Below are positions 37,397-45,909 of a stretch of DNA of 64,000 nucleotides, in pieces (within the stretch, counting starts at the first letter, position 1; each line of letters begins with the position of its first letter). Source of the stretch: Symbiobacterium thermophilum. Its GTDB lineage: Bacteria; Bacillota; Sulfobacillia; UBA995. The translations under genes and the position numbers were made by a program. The notes below the pieces were generated by a model. That model did not search any database, was not told the origin of the DNA, and saw only the letters and a list, made by a program, of their open reading frames with translations. The DNA lies in contig DYFO01000004.1 of the NCBI GenBank assembly GCA_020725145.1, forward strand, positions 2,042 to 66,041. The letters are read 5' to 3'.

Positions 37397-37747
37397 TCAC
37401 CCCCGTGGGTTGAAGATCGCCGCCGCCAGCAGCGCCGACACCACCGCGACCGTGAGGCCCAGCGCGACCGCATCGAAGCCGCCGGTGAGCAATCCCAGCG
37501 GACCCGTGCGCCCCACTTCCCGGACGATGCCGTCTACCAGGGCGTGGCCGAAGGCGGGCAGCGGGACGATCGCCCCCGCCCCACCCAGTTTCACCAGGGG
37601 TTCGTACAGGCCGGCCCCGCTGGCCACCGCGCCCAGGCTCACGAACAGCACCATGACGTGCGCGGGGGTCACCCTGGTAAGATCCAGCACCAGCTGGGCC
37701 GCCAGGCAGAGTGCTCCGCCCACCAGGAACGCCAATGCGAAGTCCAA
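37397..37747 (-). CDS. spoVAEb: SpoVAC/SpoVAEb family membrane protein
   Basis: AFLVGG.LC..AQ...D, GLYEPLV...GAGA.VP, IFNPRG. Confidence 0.9.
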   Translation of the reverse strand: MDFALAFLVGGALCLAAQLVLDLTRVTPAHVMVLFVSLGAVASGAGLYEPLVKLGGAGAIVPLPAFGHALVDGIVREVGRTGPLGLLTGGFDAVALGLTVAVVSALLAAAIFNPRG

Positions 37748-37760
37748 CCGCCTCTCCTCC

Positions 37761-38813
37761 TTACTGACCGGGAGCGTCCTGGGTTTCGAGGGCGATGGCG
37801 TGGGCGATACCGGGAATGGTCTCGCCCTGCTGGTACGTGGTGGGGCTGAAGAGGGCGCCGGTGCAGGTCAGCAACAAACGCCGATACCTGCCGGTGAGCA
37901 ACCCGTGCATCAGGTAGCCGGTGAACACGGCGGCGGAGCAGCCGCAACCGCTGGCTCCCGCTTCGACCCCCTGGGAGGGGTCGTAGATACTGGAACCACA
38001 GTCGAACAGCCGATCCTCAAGTTCCATCCCTTCGCGTGACAGAAGTTCGGCGGCGATCTCCTTGCCCACGTTGGCCAGGTCCCCGGTGACGATGAGGTCA
38101 TAGTCGTCGGGGCGTCGCCCGGTATCCTCGAAGTGCTGCCGGATGGTGGCCGCAGCGGCCGGCGCCATGGCCGCCCCCAGGTTCAAAGGGTCCTTGATTC
38201 CGGCATCGACGATGCGGCCGACGGTGGCCAGCGTGACCGCCGGTCCGTCTCCCTTGGTGGCCATGAGGATCGCCCCTGCTGCGGTCACCGTCCACTGCGC
38301 GGTGGGCGGCGGCTGCGTCGCGAATTCGGTGGGATAGCGATACTGGCGCTCCGCCGTGCAGTGATGGCTGGAGACGGCCACCAGCACTGCGCGGGCATAA
38401 CCGGCATCCAACATCATGGCGCCAACCGCCATGCCTTCGGCCAGCGTGGAACAAGCTCCGAACAACCCCAGGAAAGGCAGCTTCAGCTCGCGGGCGACGA
38501 AGCTCGAGGAGGTTATCTGGTTCAGGAGATCGCCGGCGATGAGGTAGTCCACGTCGCCGAGCGCCGCACCCGCCTTCCGGAGGGCGACTCGACAGGCTTC
38601 GGCCATCATGCGCGACTCGGCGCGCTCCCAGCTCTTCTCACCCAGCAGATCATCTTGCTTGATGATGTCGAAGTACTCACCCAGGGGGCCCTGACCTTCC
38701 TTGGGGCCGACGACGGCCGCGGCGGCTACCACTGCGGGCGTCAGGCGAAAGCGCAGGGTCTGCTTTCCCATCCTGCGCGTCCTGGCCTCGAGCGCGCGCG
38801 AGACGGTGCTCAT
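37761..38813 (-). CDS. spoVAD: Stage V sporulation protein AD
   Basis: GPKEGQGPL, SWERAE, GDLLNQ, GACST, AERQYRYPTE, GAAMAPAA, GASGCGC. Confidence 0.95.
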   Translation of the reverse strand: MSTVSRALEARTRRMGKQTLRFRLTPAVVAAAAVVGPKEGQGPLGEYFDIIKQDDLLGEKSWERAESRMMAEACRVALRKAGAALGDVDYLIAGDLLNQITSSSFVARELKLPFLGLFGACSTLAEGMAVGAMMLDAGYARAVLVAVSSHHCTAERQYRYPTEFATQPPPTAQWTVTAAGAILMATKGDGPAVTLATVGRIVDAGIKDPLNLGAAMAPAAAATIRQHFEDTGRRPDDYDLIVTGDLANVGKEIAAELLSREGMELEDRLFDCGSSIYDPSQGVEAGASGCGCSAAVFTGYLMHGLLTGRYRRLLLTCTGALFSPTTYQQGETIPGIAHAIALETQDAPGQ

Positions 38814-38817
38814 CGCC

Positions 38818-39267
38818 CTATCCCGCGCGCCCCAGCAGCCACAGGATGGCGCCGACCGCGACGGAAACCGCGGTGGCGTACACGATGACCGGACCGGCCA
38901 CCGTGAACATCCTTGCCCCCACGCCGAGGATGAAGCCCTCGCGCTTGAACTCCATCGCCGGCGAGACGATGGCGTTGGCGAATCCGGTGATGGGCAAGAA
39001 CGCTCCCATCCCCCCCTGGCGGCCGATGCGGTCGTAGACTCCCAACCCGGTGAGAAGAGCCCCGATCAGGATCATCGTCCCGCTGGTGGCGGTGGCCGCC
39101 TCACGGAGCGGCAGTCCCTGGCCACGGTACAGCCTGAGGAAGATCTGTCCCACCCCGCAGATCACCCCCCCGACCAGGAAGGCGCGCAGGCCGTTGAAGA
39201 CGACGGGACGTTGAGGGGTGGCGCGCCGGATCAGTTCCCGGGTTGCCCGGGCCTCGGCCCCCTCCAT
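38818..39267 (-). CDS. spoVAC: Stage V sporulation protein AC
   Basis: AFLVGG.IC, PITGFANAIVSPAMEFKREG, MFTVAGPVI. Confidence 0.93.
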   Translation of the reverse strand: MEGAEARATRELIRRATPQRPVVFNGLRAFLVGGVICGVGQIFLRLYRGQGLPLREAATATSGTMILIGALLTGLGVYDRIGRQGGMGAFLPITGFANAIVSPAMEFKREGFILGVGARMFTVAGPVIVYATAVSVAVGAILWLLGRAG

Positions 39268-39485
39268 CAGACTCCCCGCCCGGTGGCGTCGACGACGTAG
39301 GCCACCTTAACGTTGGCCTTGTACTGGACGATGCGGCCGTTGTCCACGTTGGCGGTCCAGTTGCATACCTCCACGCCGGTGATGTTGCCTACCGTGCGGG
39401 CCGCCTCCGCCACCGCCCGCGAGGCCGCCTCCTGCCAGCTCTGCGGGGATTCCCCCACCAGTTCCATGACCTTCACCACGCCCAT
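39267..39485 (-). CDS. Dodecin family flavin-binding protein
   Basis: VVKVMELVGES..SW.EA...AV.EA..TV.NITGVEV...YKANVKVAY. Confidence 0.88.
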   Translation of the reverse strand: MGVVKVMELVGESPQSWQEAASRAVAEAARTVGNITGVEVCNWTANVDNGRIVQYKANVKVAYVVDATGRGV

Positions 39486-39690
39486 CCTTGACGTTCACCT
39501 CCTGGGGTTCCGGGGGAAGCTCAATGGGGCTGCCTTTCCAGATCGGCATCGTCCGTCCCTGGACCCTGCCTCTGAGGTAAAGGGGGTGAAGCTCGCATCC
39601 GATCTCGGTGCGCGCCGCTCCGCCGGCAAGACCGCGCTCCGCCAGTTCGGCCAGGCGCTGAAGATGCTGCTTGCTGCGATCCCCGGCCAA
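39307..39690 (-). CDS. Hypothetical ORF at head of spoVA transcript, overlapping dodecin
   Basis: TTG 7 nt after GGAGG, directly downstream of a sigma-F/G promoter; high GC3; no recognisable family. Confidence 0.35.
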   Translation of the reverse strand: MAGDRSKQHLQRLAELAERGLAGGAARTEIGCELHPLYLRGRVQGRTMPIWKGSPIELPPEPQEVNVKDGRGEGHGTGGGIPAELAGGGLAGGGGGGPHGRQHHRRGGMQLDRQRGQRPHRPVQGQR

Positions 39691-39710
39691 GGCCTCCCCT
39701 CCCGTGCGGC

Positions 39711-39739
39711 TAGTGTTCCCGGCCGGGGATGGCCTATGC
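39711..39739 (-). promoter_or_regulatory. sigma-F/G promoter of dodecin-spoVA operon
   Basis: GCATA-N14-GGGAACACTA. Confidence 0.55.
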
Positions 39740-39747
39740 GGCCGCGG

Positions 39748-40437
39748 TCATGCCTCCAGATGCTCACGTATGAGGCGCAGGGCGTGCCGTTCGAGTCGAC
39801 TGACCTGCCCCTGGGAAACGCCAAGACGTCCGGCGATCTCCGTCTGGGTGAGGTCTTCGAAGAATCGAAGCTTCAGAACCTGCCGCTCGCGAGGGGGCAG
39901 GCGGTCGAGGGCCTGACGCAGGGCAACACGTTCCAGGACCCCCTCCGCCTCCTGCACGGCGATGCGGTCGAGCACCAGGGCTCCGCCCTCATCCGGTGCC
40001 CAGGGCTCGTACAGCGACAGAGGCGGACGCGAGGCCTCCAGGGCCTGCACGAGTTCGTCAGGCGAGACGTCCAGGGCCGCGGCCACCTCCTGCAGCGTGG
40101 GTTCGCGACCCAGCTTTGCCTCAAGCTCGGTTCTCGCGCGCGAGGCGCGCCCCGCCACCTCCTTTAGCCGACGACTCACCCGCAAGGGGCCCCGATCGCG
40201 CAGGTGGCGACGTATCTCGCCCATGACCGTCGGCACTGCGAAGGTGCTGAAACGTGTGCCGTACCGGGGGTCATAGCGCCGCGCCGCCTTGAGCAACCCG
40301 ACGCAGCCCACCTGGTACAGGTCGTCGAGTTCCTCACCGCGGCCGCGAAAGCGGTTGACGATATCCCAGACAAGGCGGCTGTGCTGCTCGAGCAGGCGCC
40401 GGCCGGCCTCCGGGTCGCGCGGACCGGCGGGCTGCAC
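39748..40437 (-). CDS. sigF: Forespore RNA polymerase sigma factor F
   Basis: LVW.IV.RF..RG.E.DDL.QVG..GL.KA, FSTFAVP...GEIRR.LRD...RVSR.LK, QVSRLE; follows spoIIAA-AB. Confidence 0.93.
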   Translation of the reverse strand: MQPAGPRDPEAGRRLLEQHSRLVWDIVNRFRGRGEELDDLYQVGCVGLLKAARRYDPRYGTRFSTFAVPTVMGEIRRHLRDRGPLRVSRRLKEVAGRASRARTELEAKLGREPTLQEVAAALDVSPDELVQALEASRPPLSLYEPWAPDEGGALVLDRIAVQEAEGVLERVALRQALDRLPPRERQVLKLRFFEDLTQTEIAGRLGVSQGQVSRLERHALRLIREHLEA

Positions 40438-40443
40438 CTGCCC

Positions 40444-40911
40444 TCACCCCCCCTGGCCCGGCGCCGGGCCCTCCTTTGCCGGGAGAGGGGCAAACCTTCG
40501 GGACATGACCACCCGCGTTCCTCCCGACGCCCCCGGCCCCACTTCCACGTGGTCCATGAAGGCCTCCATGAAGGAAAACCCCAGTCCCATCCGCTCGGGG
40601 TCCGTCGTATAGGCGGCCTGACGCGCCCGCGGCACGTCGGCGATGCCGATGCCTTCGTCCTCTACCTCGACCTGCAGTTGCCCTTCGGACAGCCGGGCCG
40701 TCACCCTGACCCACCCTGTGCGGCCGGGGTAGGCGTGCACGACGGCGTTGGTCACCGCCTCCGACACGGCGAGGCGAATCTCGTCGATATCCGCCAGGGT
40801 GAAGTCGGCCTGTGAGGCGAAGGTGGCGACCGCATTCCGCGCCACCCCGACGTTGGCGGGAAGGCTCAGAAGTTCCAGACGAATAACGTTCTCGGGCGGC
40901 CGGGCGTTCAT
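40444..40911 (-). CDS. spoIIAB: Anti-sigma F factor kinase
   Basis: VSEAVTNAVVHAY, DEGIGI, ERMGLGFSFME.FMD. Confidence 0.94.
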   Translation of the reverse strand: MNARPPENVIRLELLSLPANVGVARNAVATFASQADFTLADIDEIRLAVSEAVTNAVVHAYPGRTGWVRVTARLSEGQLQVEVEDEGIGIADVPRARQAAYTTDPERMGLGFSFMEAFMDHVEVGPGASGGTRVVMSRRFAPLPAKEGPAPGQGG

Positions 40912-41264
40912 GCGGGTGGCTCCTTTACGCAAGCCAGGGCTTCGGCCAGCGAGGCGCACAAGGGAATGAGTCGGCTCACACCGGCCATCTCGAGCAGGGC
41001 CGTCACGCGGGCGCTGGCCCCGCACACCGCCATCCTTCCGCCCAGCTCATGCAGGTGGCGGTAGCGGCCCAGGATGGCGCTCAACCCGGAGCTGTCGATG
41101 AAACCAACACCCGTGAGGTCCAGTACCAGACGTCGCGTCCGGCCCTCGCCGAGTAGCTTCTCGGCATGGGTCCGCAACTCCTGCGCGCCCTTGAGGTCGA
41201 GCTCCCCGTTCACCTGGAGCACCAAGACCTCGCCGCGTCGTTCGTGCTTCACCAGCCGGCCCAC
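40908..41264 (-). CDS. spoIIAA: Anti-anti-sigma F factor
   Basis: STAS domain GELD...FIDSSGL..ILGRY. Confidence 0.93.
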   Translation of the reverse strand: MGRLVKHERRGEVLVLQVNGELDLKGAQELRTHAEKLLGEGRTRRLVLDLTGVGFIDSSGLSAILGRYRHLHELGGRMAVCGASARVTALLEMAGVSRLIPLCASLAEALACVKEPPA

Positions 41265-41284
41265 CCCCTCTCCCGGCGCAAGGG

Positions 41285-41312
41285 GTTCGTCGGCTTGCCA
41301 GTTATTTCCTGC
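41285..41312 (-). promoter_or_regulatory. sigma-H promoter of spoIIA operon
   Basis: GCAGGAAAT-N12-GACGAAC (AGGA-N18-GAAC); spoIIA is sigma-H dependent in B. subtilis. Confidence 0.6.
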
Positions 41313-41324
41313 CGGCGCGGCCGA

Positions 41325-42485
41325 TCAACGCAGGATCATACGCACGAGCTTCACGAAGAGCGTGGACCAGGTCAGCGCGGGGACATCGGCACCGGCCAGC
41401 AACGCGACGCGTCCCAGTTCCTTGCCGTCAAGGTAGAGCGCAAGCTCCCCGACCGCTGACCCGGACCGTACCGGAGCGGTCAGATAGTCGGGGATCATCA
41501 ACACCCGCTGGACATCCCGCTGCTTGCCCCTTGGAACCACCGCCCCGAAATGGTCGGCGGCCACCAGCTCCACGCGTTCCCGCACGCCCAGTCGCACGGG
41601 AACGCCCGACACCACCTCGCCGCGGGTTGCCGCCGGAACGGCGGCGAAGTTGCCGAAGCCGTAATTGAGGAGGATCCGGGCGTCGGTATCACGCTGGGTG
41701 CGCGACGCCGAGGCCATCACCACCACGATCAGCCGTGTTCCCTCACGGCAGGCCGTCACCGCGACGCAGTACCCTGCCTGGCGGGTCCAGCCCGTCTTCA
41801 GACCGTCCGCCCCCGGATAAAAGCGGACAAGCCGGTTACGGTTGGCAAGCTCGGTGTGGTCAGGCCCCAGGTGTTGGCGTACGTACGCCAGGTACTGCGA
41901 CGTCAGCTCCAGAACCTGCGGGAAGCGCAGTACCAGCTCTCGTGAGAGGCGGGCAACATCCCGTGTCGACGTGTAGTGGTCCTCGGCGTCCAGTCCGTGG
42001 CAGTTGGCAAAACGCGTGTCCCCGAGTCCCAGTTCCTCAGCACGGCGGTTCATCAAGGCCACGAAGGCTTCTTCCGAGCCGGCCACGTGCTCCGCCAGGG
42101 CGACCGCGGCGTCGTTGGCAGAACCGACCGCGACTGCAAGGAGTATGTCGCGAAAGGGCATCTCCTCGCCGGGATACAGCCAGATCTGGGTGCCTCCCAG
42201 GGAGGCCGCCGCCTCCGAGGCTACCACGCGGTCGTCGAGCGATACCCTGCCTTCGGCCAGCGCCTCGTAGGCGAGGAACAAGGTCATCAGTTTGGTGACG
42301 CTCGCCGGGGAGGCTCTGCGGTCGGCGTCCTTTTCCCACAGAACCCGGCCGCTCACCGCCTCCATCAGCAACGCCGAGGGCGACGCGATCCTCACCGTCG
42401 CCTCCCCGGCCGCCTGCACGGTGCCAGGACCCGTGGCGGCTCCCCAGGCCAGCCCCAGGACCATCAGCACGGCCAGCGTGCGCAT
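41325..42485 (-). CDS. dacF: D-alanyl-D-alanine carboxypeptidase DacF
   Basis: PASVTK (SxxK), SAND, KTG; PBP5 C-domain; upstream of spoIIAA. Confidence 0.9.
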   Translation of the reverse strand: MRTLAVLMVLGLAWGAATGPGTVQAAGEATVRIASPSALLMEAVSGRVLWEKDADRRASPASVTKLMTLFLAYEALAEGRVSLDDRVVASEAAASLGGTQIWLYPGEEMPFRDILLAVAVGSANDAAVALAEHVAGSEEAFVALMNRRAEELGLGDTRFANCHGLDAEDHYTSTRDVARLSRELVLRFPQVLELTSQYLAYVRQHLGPDHTELANRNRLVRFYPGADGLKTGWTRQAGYCVAVTACREGTRLIVVVMASASRTQRDTDARILLNYGFGNFAAVPAATRGEVVSGVPVRLGVRERVELVAADHFGAVVPRGKQRDVQRVLMIPDYLTAPVRSGSAVGELALYLDGKELGRVALLAGADVPALTWSTLFVKLVRMILR

Positions 42486-42506
42486 CGTGCCACCTCCATG
42501 CGAGGC

Positions 42507-42536
42507 TAGCCTCTCCGTGAAGGCGGCGCTTGATAC
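42507..42536 (-). promoter_or_regulatory. sigma-F/G promoter of dacF
   Basis: GTATC-N15-GGAGAGGCTA. Confidence 0.6.
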
Positions 42537-42538
42537 CT

Positions 42539-43858
42539 TCAGGGGTCGCCGGCCAGCAGCGTGGCGGTTAGCACCCGAGGGGGTTGAACGGGCGAGTTAC
42601 GGTAGCCGAAGGCACAACTCAGCGCGGTCAGCGCGCTTTCGAGGTCGGCTGCGCTTCGCGCGTGTACGGTGGCCAGCGGCTGGCCCGGCACGACGCGGTC
42701 TCCGATCTTGGCGTGCAGCTCGAGCCCCACCCCAAGGTCGACCGGCTGTCCACGCAGCCGGCGTCCGGCGCCCAACCCGCAGGCCACCTCTCCCACCTGC
42801 AGCGCGTCCACCGCGTCGACGTAGCCCGCGCGTGAGGCACGCAACTGGCCCCGGACCGGCGCCTTGGGAAGGTACCGCTGGGGAACTTCCAGAAAGTCCA
42901 CCGGCCCTCCCTGGGCCCGGACGAGCGCCCCCAGCTTCTCGGCAGCCCGTCCGGAGCGCAGCACTCCGCGCAGCCGGTCGCGTGCTTCTTCGACCGAGCG
43001 CGCCTCCTTGCCAAGACACAGCGCGACCGCGGCGATCTGCATCGCGACGTCCTCGAGATCGGGCGGACCCCCTCCCTTCAGGCACGCGATGGCCTCCTCC
43101 ACCTCGTTTGCGTTGCCTACCGCCCTGCCCAGGGGTTGGTCCATGGAGCTCAGTATCGCCGCCATGCGGCGACCGGCACGCGTCCCGATCTCCAGCATCA
43201 GTTCGGCCAGGCGTCGTGCATCCTCCACCTCTTGCACGAGGGCCCCCCGGCCGTGCTTGACATCCAGGACGATCACGTCTGCCCCGCCGGCAAGTTTCTT
43301 GGCCATCACGCTGGAGGCGATGAGGGGGAGCGAGTCGACGGTAGCGGTGACATCGCGCAGGGCGTAGAGCCTGGCATCCGCGGGCACCAGCTCGGTCGAG
43401 GCGGCCGCGATGGCCGCACCGATCCGTCGTACCTGCTGGACGAATTCGCCGAGGGACAGGTCGGTGCGCAGGCCGGGGATGGACTGAAGTTTGTCCACGG
43501 TGCCACCGGTGTGGCCAAGACCACGGCCGCTCAGCTTGGCCACCCGCACTCCGGCCGCCGCGAGCAAGGGGACGACCACCAGCGTGACCTTGTCACCCAC
43601 GCCACCGGTGCTGTGTTTGTCCACGACCGGAGGCGGGATCGCGCCGGGCCTGACCTGTTCACCCGACTCGGCCATGGCCAGCGTGAGCTCCATCGTCTCG
43701 CGGCGGCCGAGACCTCTGCAACAGGCGGCCATCAAGAAGGCGGCCAGCTGGTAATCGGGGATTTGCCCCGAACATACCCCGTCAACCAGGAAGCGGATTT
43801 CGGCCGTCGTCAGCTCGACACCGTCACGTTTTTTGCGGATGAGGTCAACGACGTTCAC
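42539..43858 (-). CDS. pdp: Pyrimidine-nucleoside phosphorylase
   Basis: DKHSTGGVGDK, SGRGLGHTGGT.DKL, YALRDVTATV, IASSVM.KK. Confidence 0.94.
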   Translation of the reverse strand: MNVVDLIRKKRDGVELTTAEIRFLVDGVCSGQIPDYQLAAFLMAACCRGLGRRETMELTLAMAESGEQVRPGAIPPPVVDKHSTGGVGDKVTLVVVPLLAAAGVRVAKLSGRGLGHTGGTVDKLQSIPGLRTDLSLGEFVQQVRRIGAAIAAASTELVPADARLYALRDVTATVDSLPLIASSVMAKKLAGGADVIVLDVKHGRGALVQEVEDARRLAELMLEIGTRAGRRMAAILSSMDQPLGRAVGNANEVEEAIACLKGGGPPDLEDVAMQIAAVALCLGKEARSVEEARDRLRGVLRSGRAAEKLGALVRAQGGPVDFLEVPQRYLPKAPVRGQLRASRAGYVDAVDALQVGEVACGLGAGRRLRGQPVDLGVGLELHAKIGDRVVPGQPLATVHARSAADLESALTALSCAFGYRNSPVQPPRVLTATLLAGDP

Positions 43859-44687
43859 CGCCTCCGGCACCTCCGACCAGGGCGGCTGCCGATTCTTCGA
43901 GCAGATGTCCCAGGCGTTCGGCTGCCGCCCGCGCCACCGCAAGCACCTCCCGATGATCGGGTGCGTGCTCGCGGCACAGGGAGTTGGTTATGCACGCCAG
44001 GCCGAGAACCGCCACTCCCGCATGACGTGCCACGATCACCTCCGGTACCGTGGACATCCCCACGGCGTCGGCTCCCGCCCACCGCAGGAAGCGTGCCTCG
44101 GCCAAAGTTTCGTAGCTCGGTCCGGACACCGCCGCGTACACGCCGCGACGCAGCACAAGTCCCAGGCGGCTCGCCGCTTCCTCCGCCGCCTTCAGCAGGA
44201 CGGGCGAGTAGGCATCGACCAGTGAGGGGAATCGCGGCCCCATCTCTTCCAGGTTGGGTCCCCGCAACGGGTTGTCGCCCATGAAATTCAGGTGGTCCAC
44301 AATGGCCATGAGCTCGCCCGGCTCCCATTCCGGGTTCAGTCCTCCGGCCGCGCAGGTCACCACCAGCGCGCGGACACCGAGCCGGAGCAGGACCCTCAGC
44401 GGGAACACCGTTTCCTGGAGGGAGTACCCCTCGTAGTAGTGGAGCCTTCCCTGCAACACGGCGGCCCGAACCCCGCCGAACTGTGTGAGCACCATCCGGC
44501 CGGGGTGTCCCTCGGCTCCGGGAATGCGGAAGTGCGGGATCTCCCCGAAGGCCACGGAGACCTCCACCGGGCCACGTTCCGCCACCTGCCCCAGTCCGGA
44601 GCCGAGCACTACCCCGAGGACGGCCGGCCCAAATCCCCGCCGCCTCAGGAAGTCCACGCTCTCGTCCAGTTCTCGCATCGCGCCCAC
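43845..44687 (-). CDS. punA: Purine-nucleoside phosphorylase
   Basis: LGSGLG, GRLHYYEG, GPSYET.AE, GADAVGMSTVPEV. Confidence 0.93.
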   Translation of the reverse strand: MGAMRELDESVDFLRRRGFGPAVLGVVLGSGLGQVAERGPVEVSVAFGEIPHFRIPGAEGHPGRMVLTQFGGVRAAVLQGRLHYYEGYSLQETVFPLRVLLRLGVRALVVTCAAGGLNPEWEPGELMAIVDHLNFMGDNPLRGPNLEEMGPRFPSLVDAYSPVLLKAAEEAASRLGLVLRRGVYAAVSGPSYETLAEARFLRWAGADAVGMSTVPEVIVARHAGVAVLGLACITNSLCREHAPDHREVLAVARAAAERLGHLLEESAAALVGGAGGGERR

Positions 44688-44694
44688 CGGCTTG

Positions 44695-45852
44695 TCACCC
44701 CTTGACCAGCAGTCCGGCAAAACTCTCCCCTTCTCCTCCGACCGGCAGTCCCAGCAGCTCGGCTGCCGTGGCCGCGAGGTCGGCCATGGTCGGCCGCGTG
44801 CCCAGGTTCACCGGGCCCGCGCCTCCCCACGCCAGGACCGGTACGTACTCCCGGGTATGGTCGGTCCCGGGGTACGTGGGGTCGCAGCCGTGATCGGCGG
44901 TGACGAAGAGGCGGTCCTGTGGCCCGAGCAGCTCCCCCATAAGCCGTCCGAGCCGGCGATCAACGTGTTCGAGCTCTTGAGCAAACCCGCGGACGTCGTT
45001 GCGGTGACCGTACAGGGAATCGGTGTCGGTCAGCGTGGCCAGCACCAGTCCCGGCCCAGCCTGCCGGACCGCCTCGTCCAGGCGGTCCGCCACTTCACGG
45101 TTGCCGCCGGCGGTCAGCACGTGGGTGATGCCCCTGCCCGCGAACATGTCCCAGACCTTGCCGACCGCCCAAACCTCAAGACCGTTGCAGCTGGCGCGGT
45201 CCAGCAAGGTGTCACGGGGAGGCGGAAGCGCCCAATCGCGCCTTCCTTGCGTCCGCACGAAGCTTCCCGGAGAACCTCGGAACGGCCGGGCGATCACCCT
45301 GCCGACCGGCGCCACCGCCCGGACGGCCGCGCAGATGTGGTAAAGCTCCTCCGGCCTAACCACCTCCTCGTGCGCCGCGATCTGCAGCACGCTGTCGGCC
45401 GACGTGTAGAGGATGGGTCTGCCGGTCTTCAGATGTTCCGGGCCCAGTTCCTCCAGGATGACGGTGCCCGAAGCGGGGCGGTTGCCGAGGAAGGCGGTGC
45501 CCGCGGCTCTTTCCAGCGCGCGCACGAGCTCTTGGGGAAAGCCGCGAGGGAAGACCGGAAACGCCCGCTCGGGTATCACCCCCATCAACTCCCAGTGACC
45601 GCTCAGCGTGTCCTTGCCGGGTGCCCGCTGCGCCATGCGCCCGTGAGCGGCCACCGCAGGCAAGCGCGGCCGCAGGTCGGCGCCGGGGGAGACGGCCCCG
45701 AGCCCCAGGCTTACCAGGTGAGGTACCCAAAGCCCGCCCGCCGCCCGGGAGACGTGCACCAGGGTGCCGGCTCCCTCGTCGCCAAAGGCGGCGGCGTCGG
45801 GCAGCGCTCCTACCCCCAGGCCGTCGATGACCACCACGAAAACCCTGGACAA
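44695..45852 (-). CDS. deoB: Phosphopentomutase
   Basis: D.LGVG..PDA..FGD, GKDT..GHWE, YTSADSVLQIAAHE, YGHRND, TADHGCDPT..GTDHTRE. Confidence 0.94.
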   Translation of the reverse strand: MSRVFVVVIDGLGVGALPDAAAFGDEGAGTLVHVSRAAGGLWVPHLVSLGLGAVSPGADLRPRLPAVAAHGRMAQRAPGKDTLSGHWELMGVIPERAFPVFPRGFPQELVRALERAAGTAFLGNRPASGTVILEELGPEHLKTGRPILYTSADSVLQIAAHEEVVRPEELYHICAAVRAVAPVGRVIARPFRGSPGSFVRTQGRRDWALPPPRDTLLDRASCNGLEVWAVGKVWDMFAGRGITHVLTAGGNREVADRLDEAVRQAGPGLVLATLTDTDSLYGHRNDVRGFAQELEHVDRRLGRLMGELLGPQDRLFVTADHGCDPTYPGTDHTREYVPVLAWGGAGPVNLGTRPTMADLAATAAELLGLPVGGEGESFAGLLVKG

Positions 45853-45909
45853 TGCGGGGCCTCCCGGTGAGTACTTCGCCGCCGGACGTTCGCCGGCCTC
45901 CCCAACGGC

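Noticed and set aside
39722..39734. Shared GCCGGG(G)GATGGCC in the spoVA and spoIIM (49501-49514) promoter spacers
   Set aside because: A short GC-rich match at promoters of different compartments, probably chance
39748..40437. sigF as a truncated pseudogene (short N-terminus)
   Set aside because: Regions 2-4 are intact, the RBS and operon context are normal, and the N-terminal segment is variable
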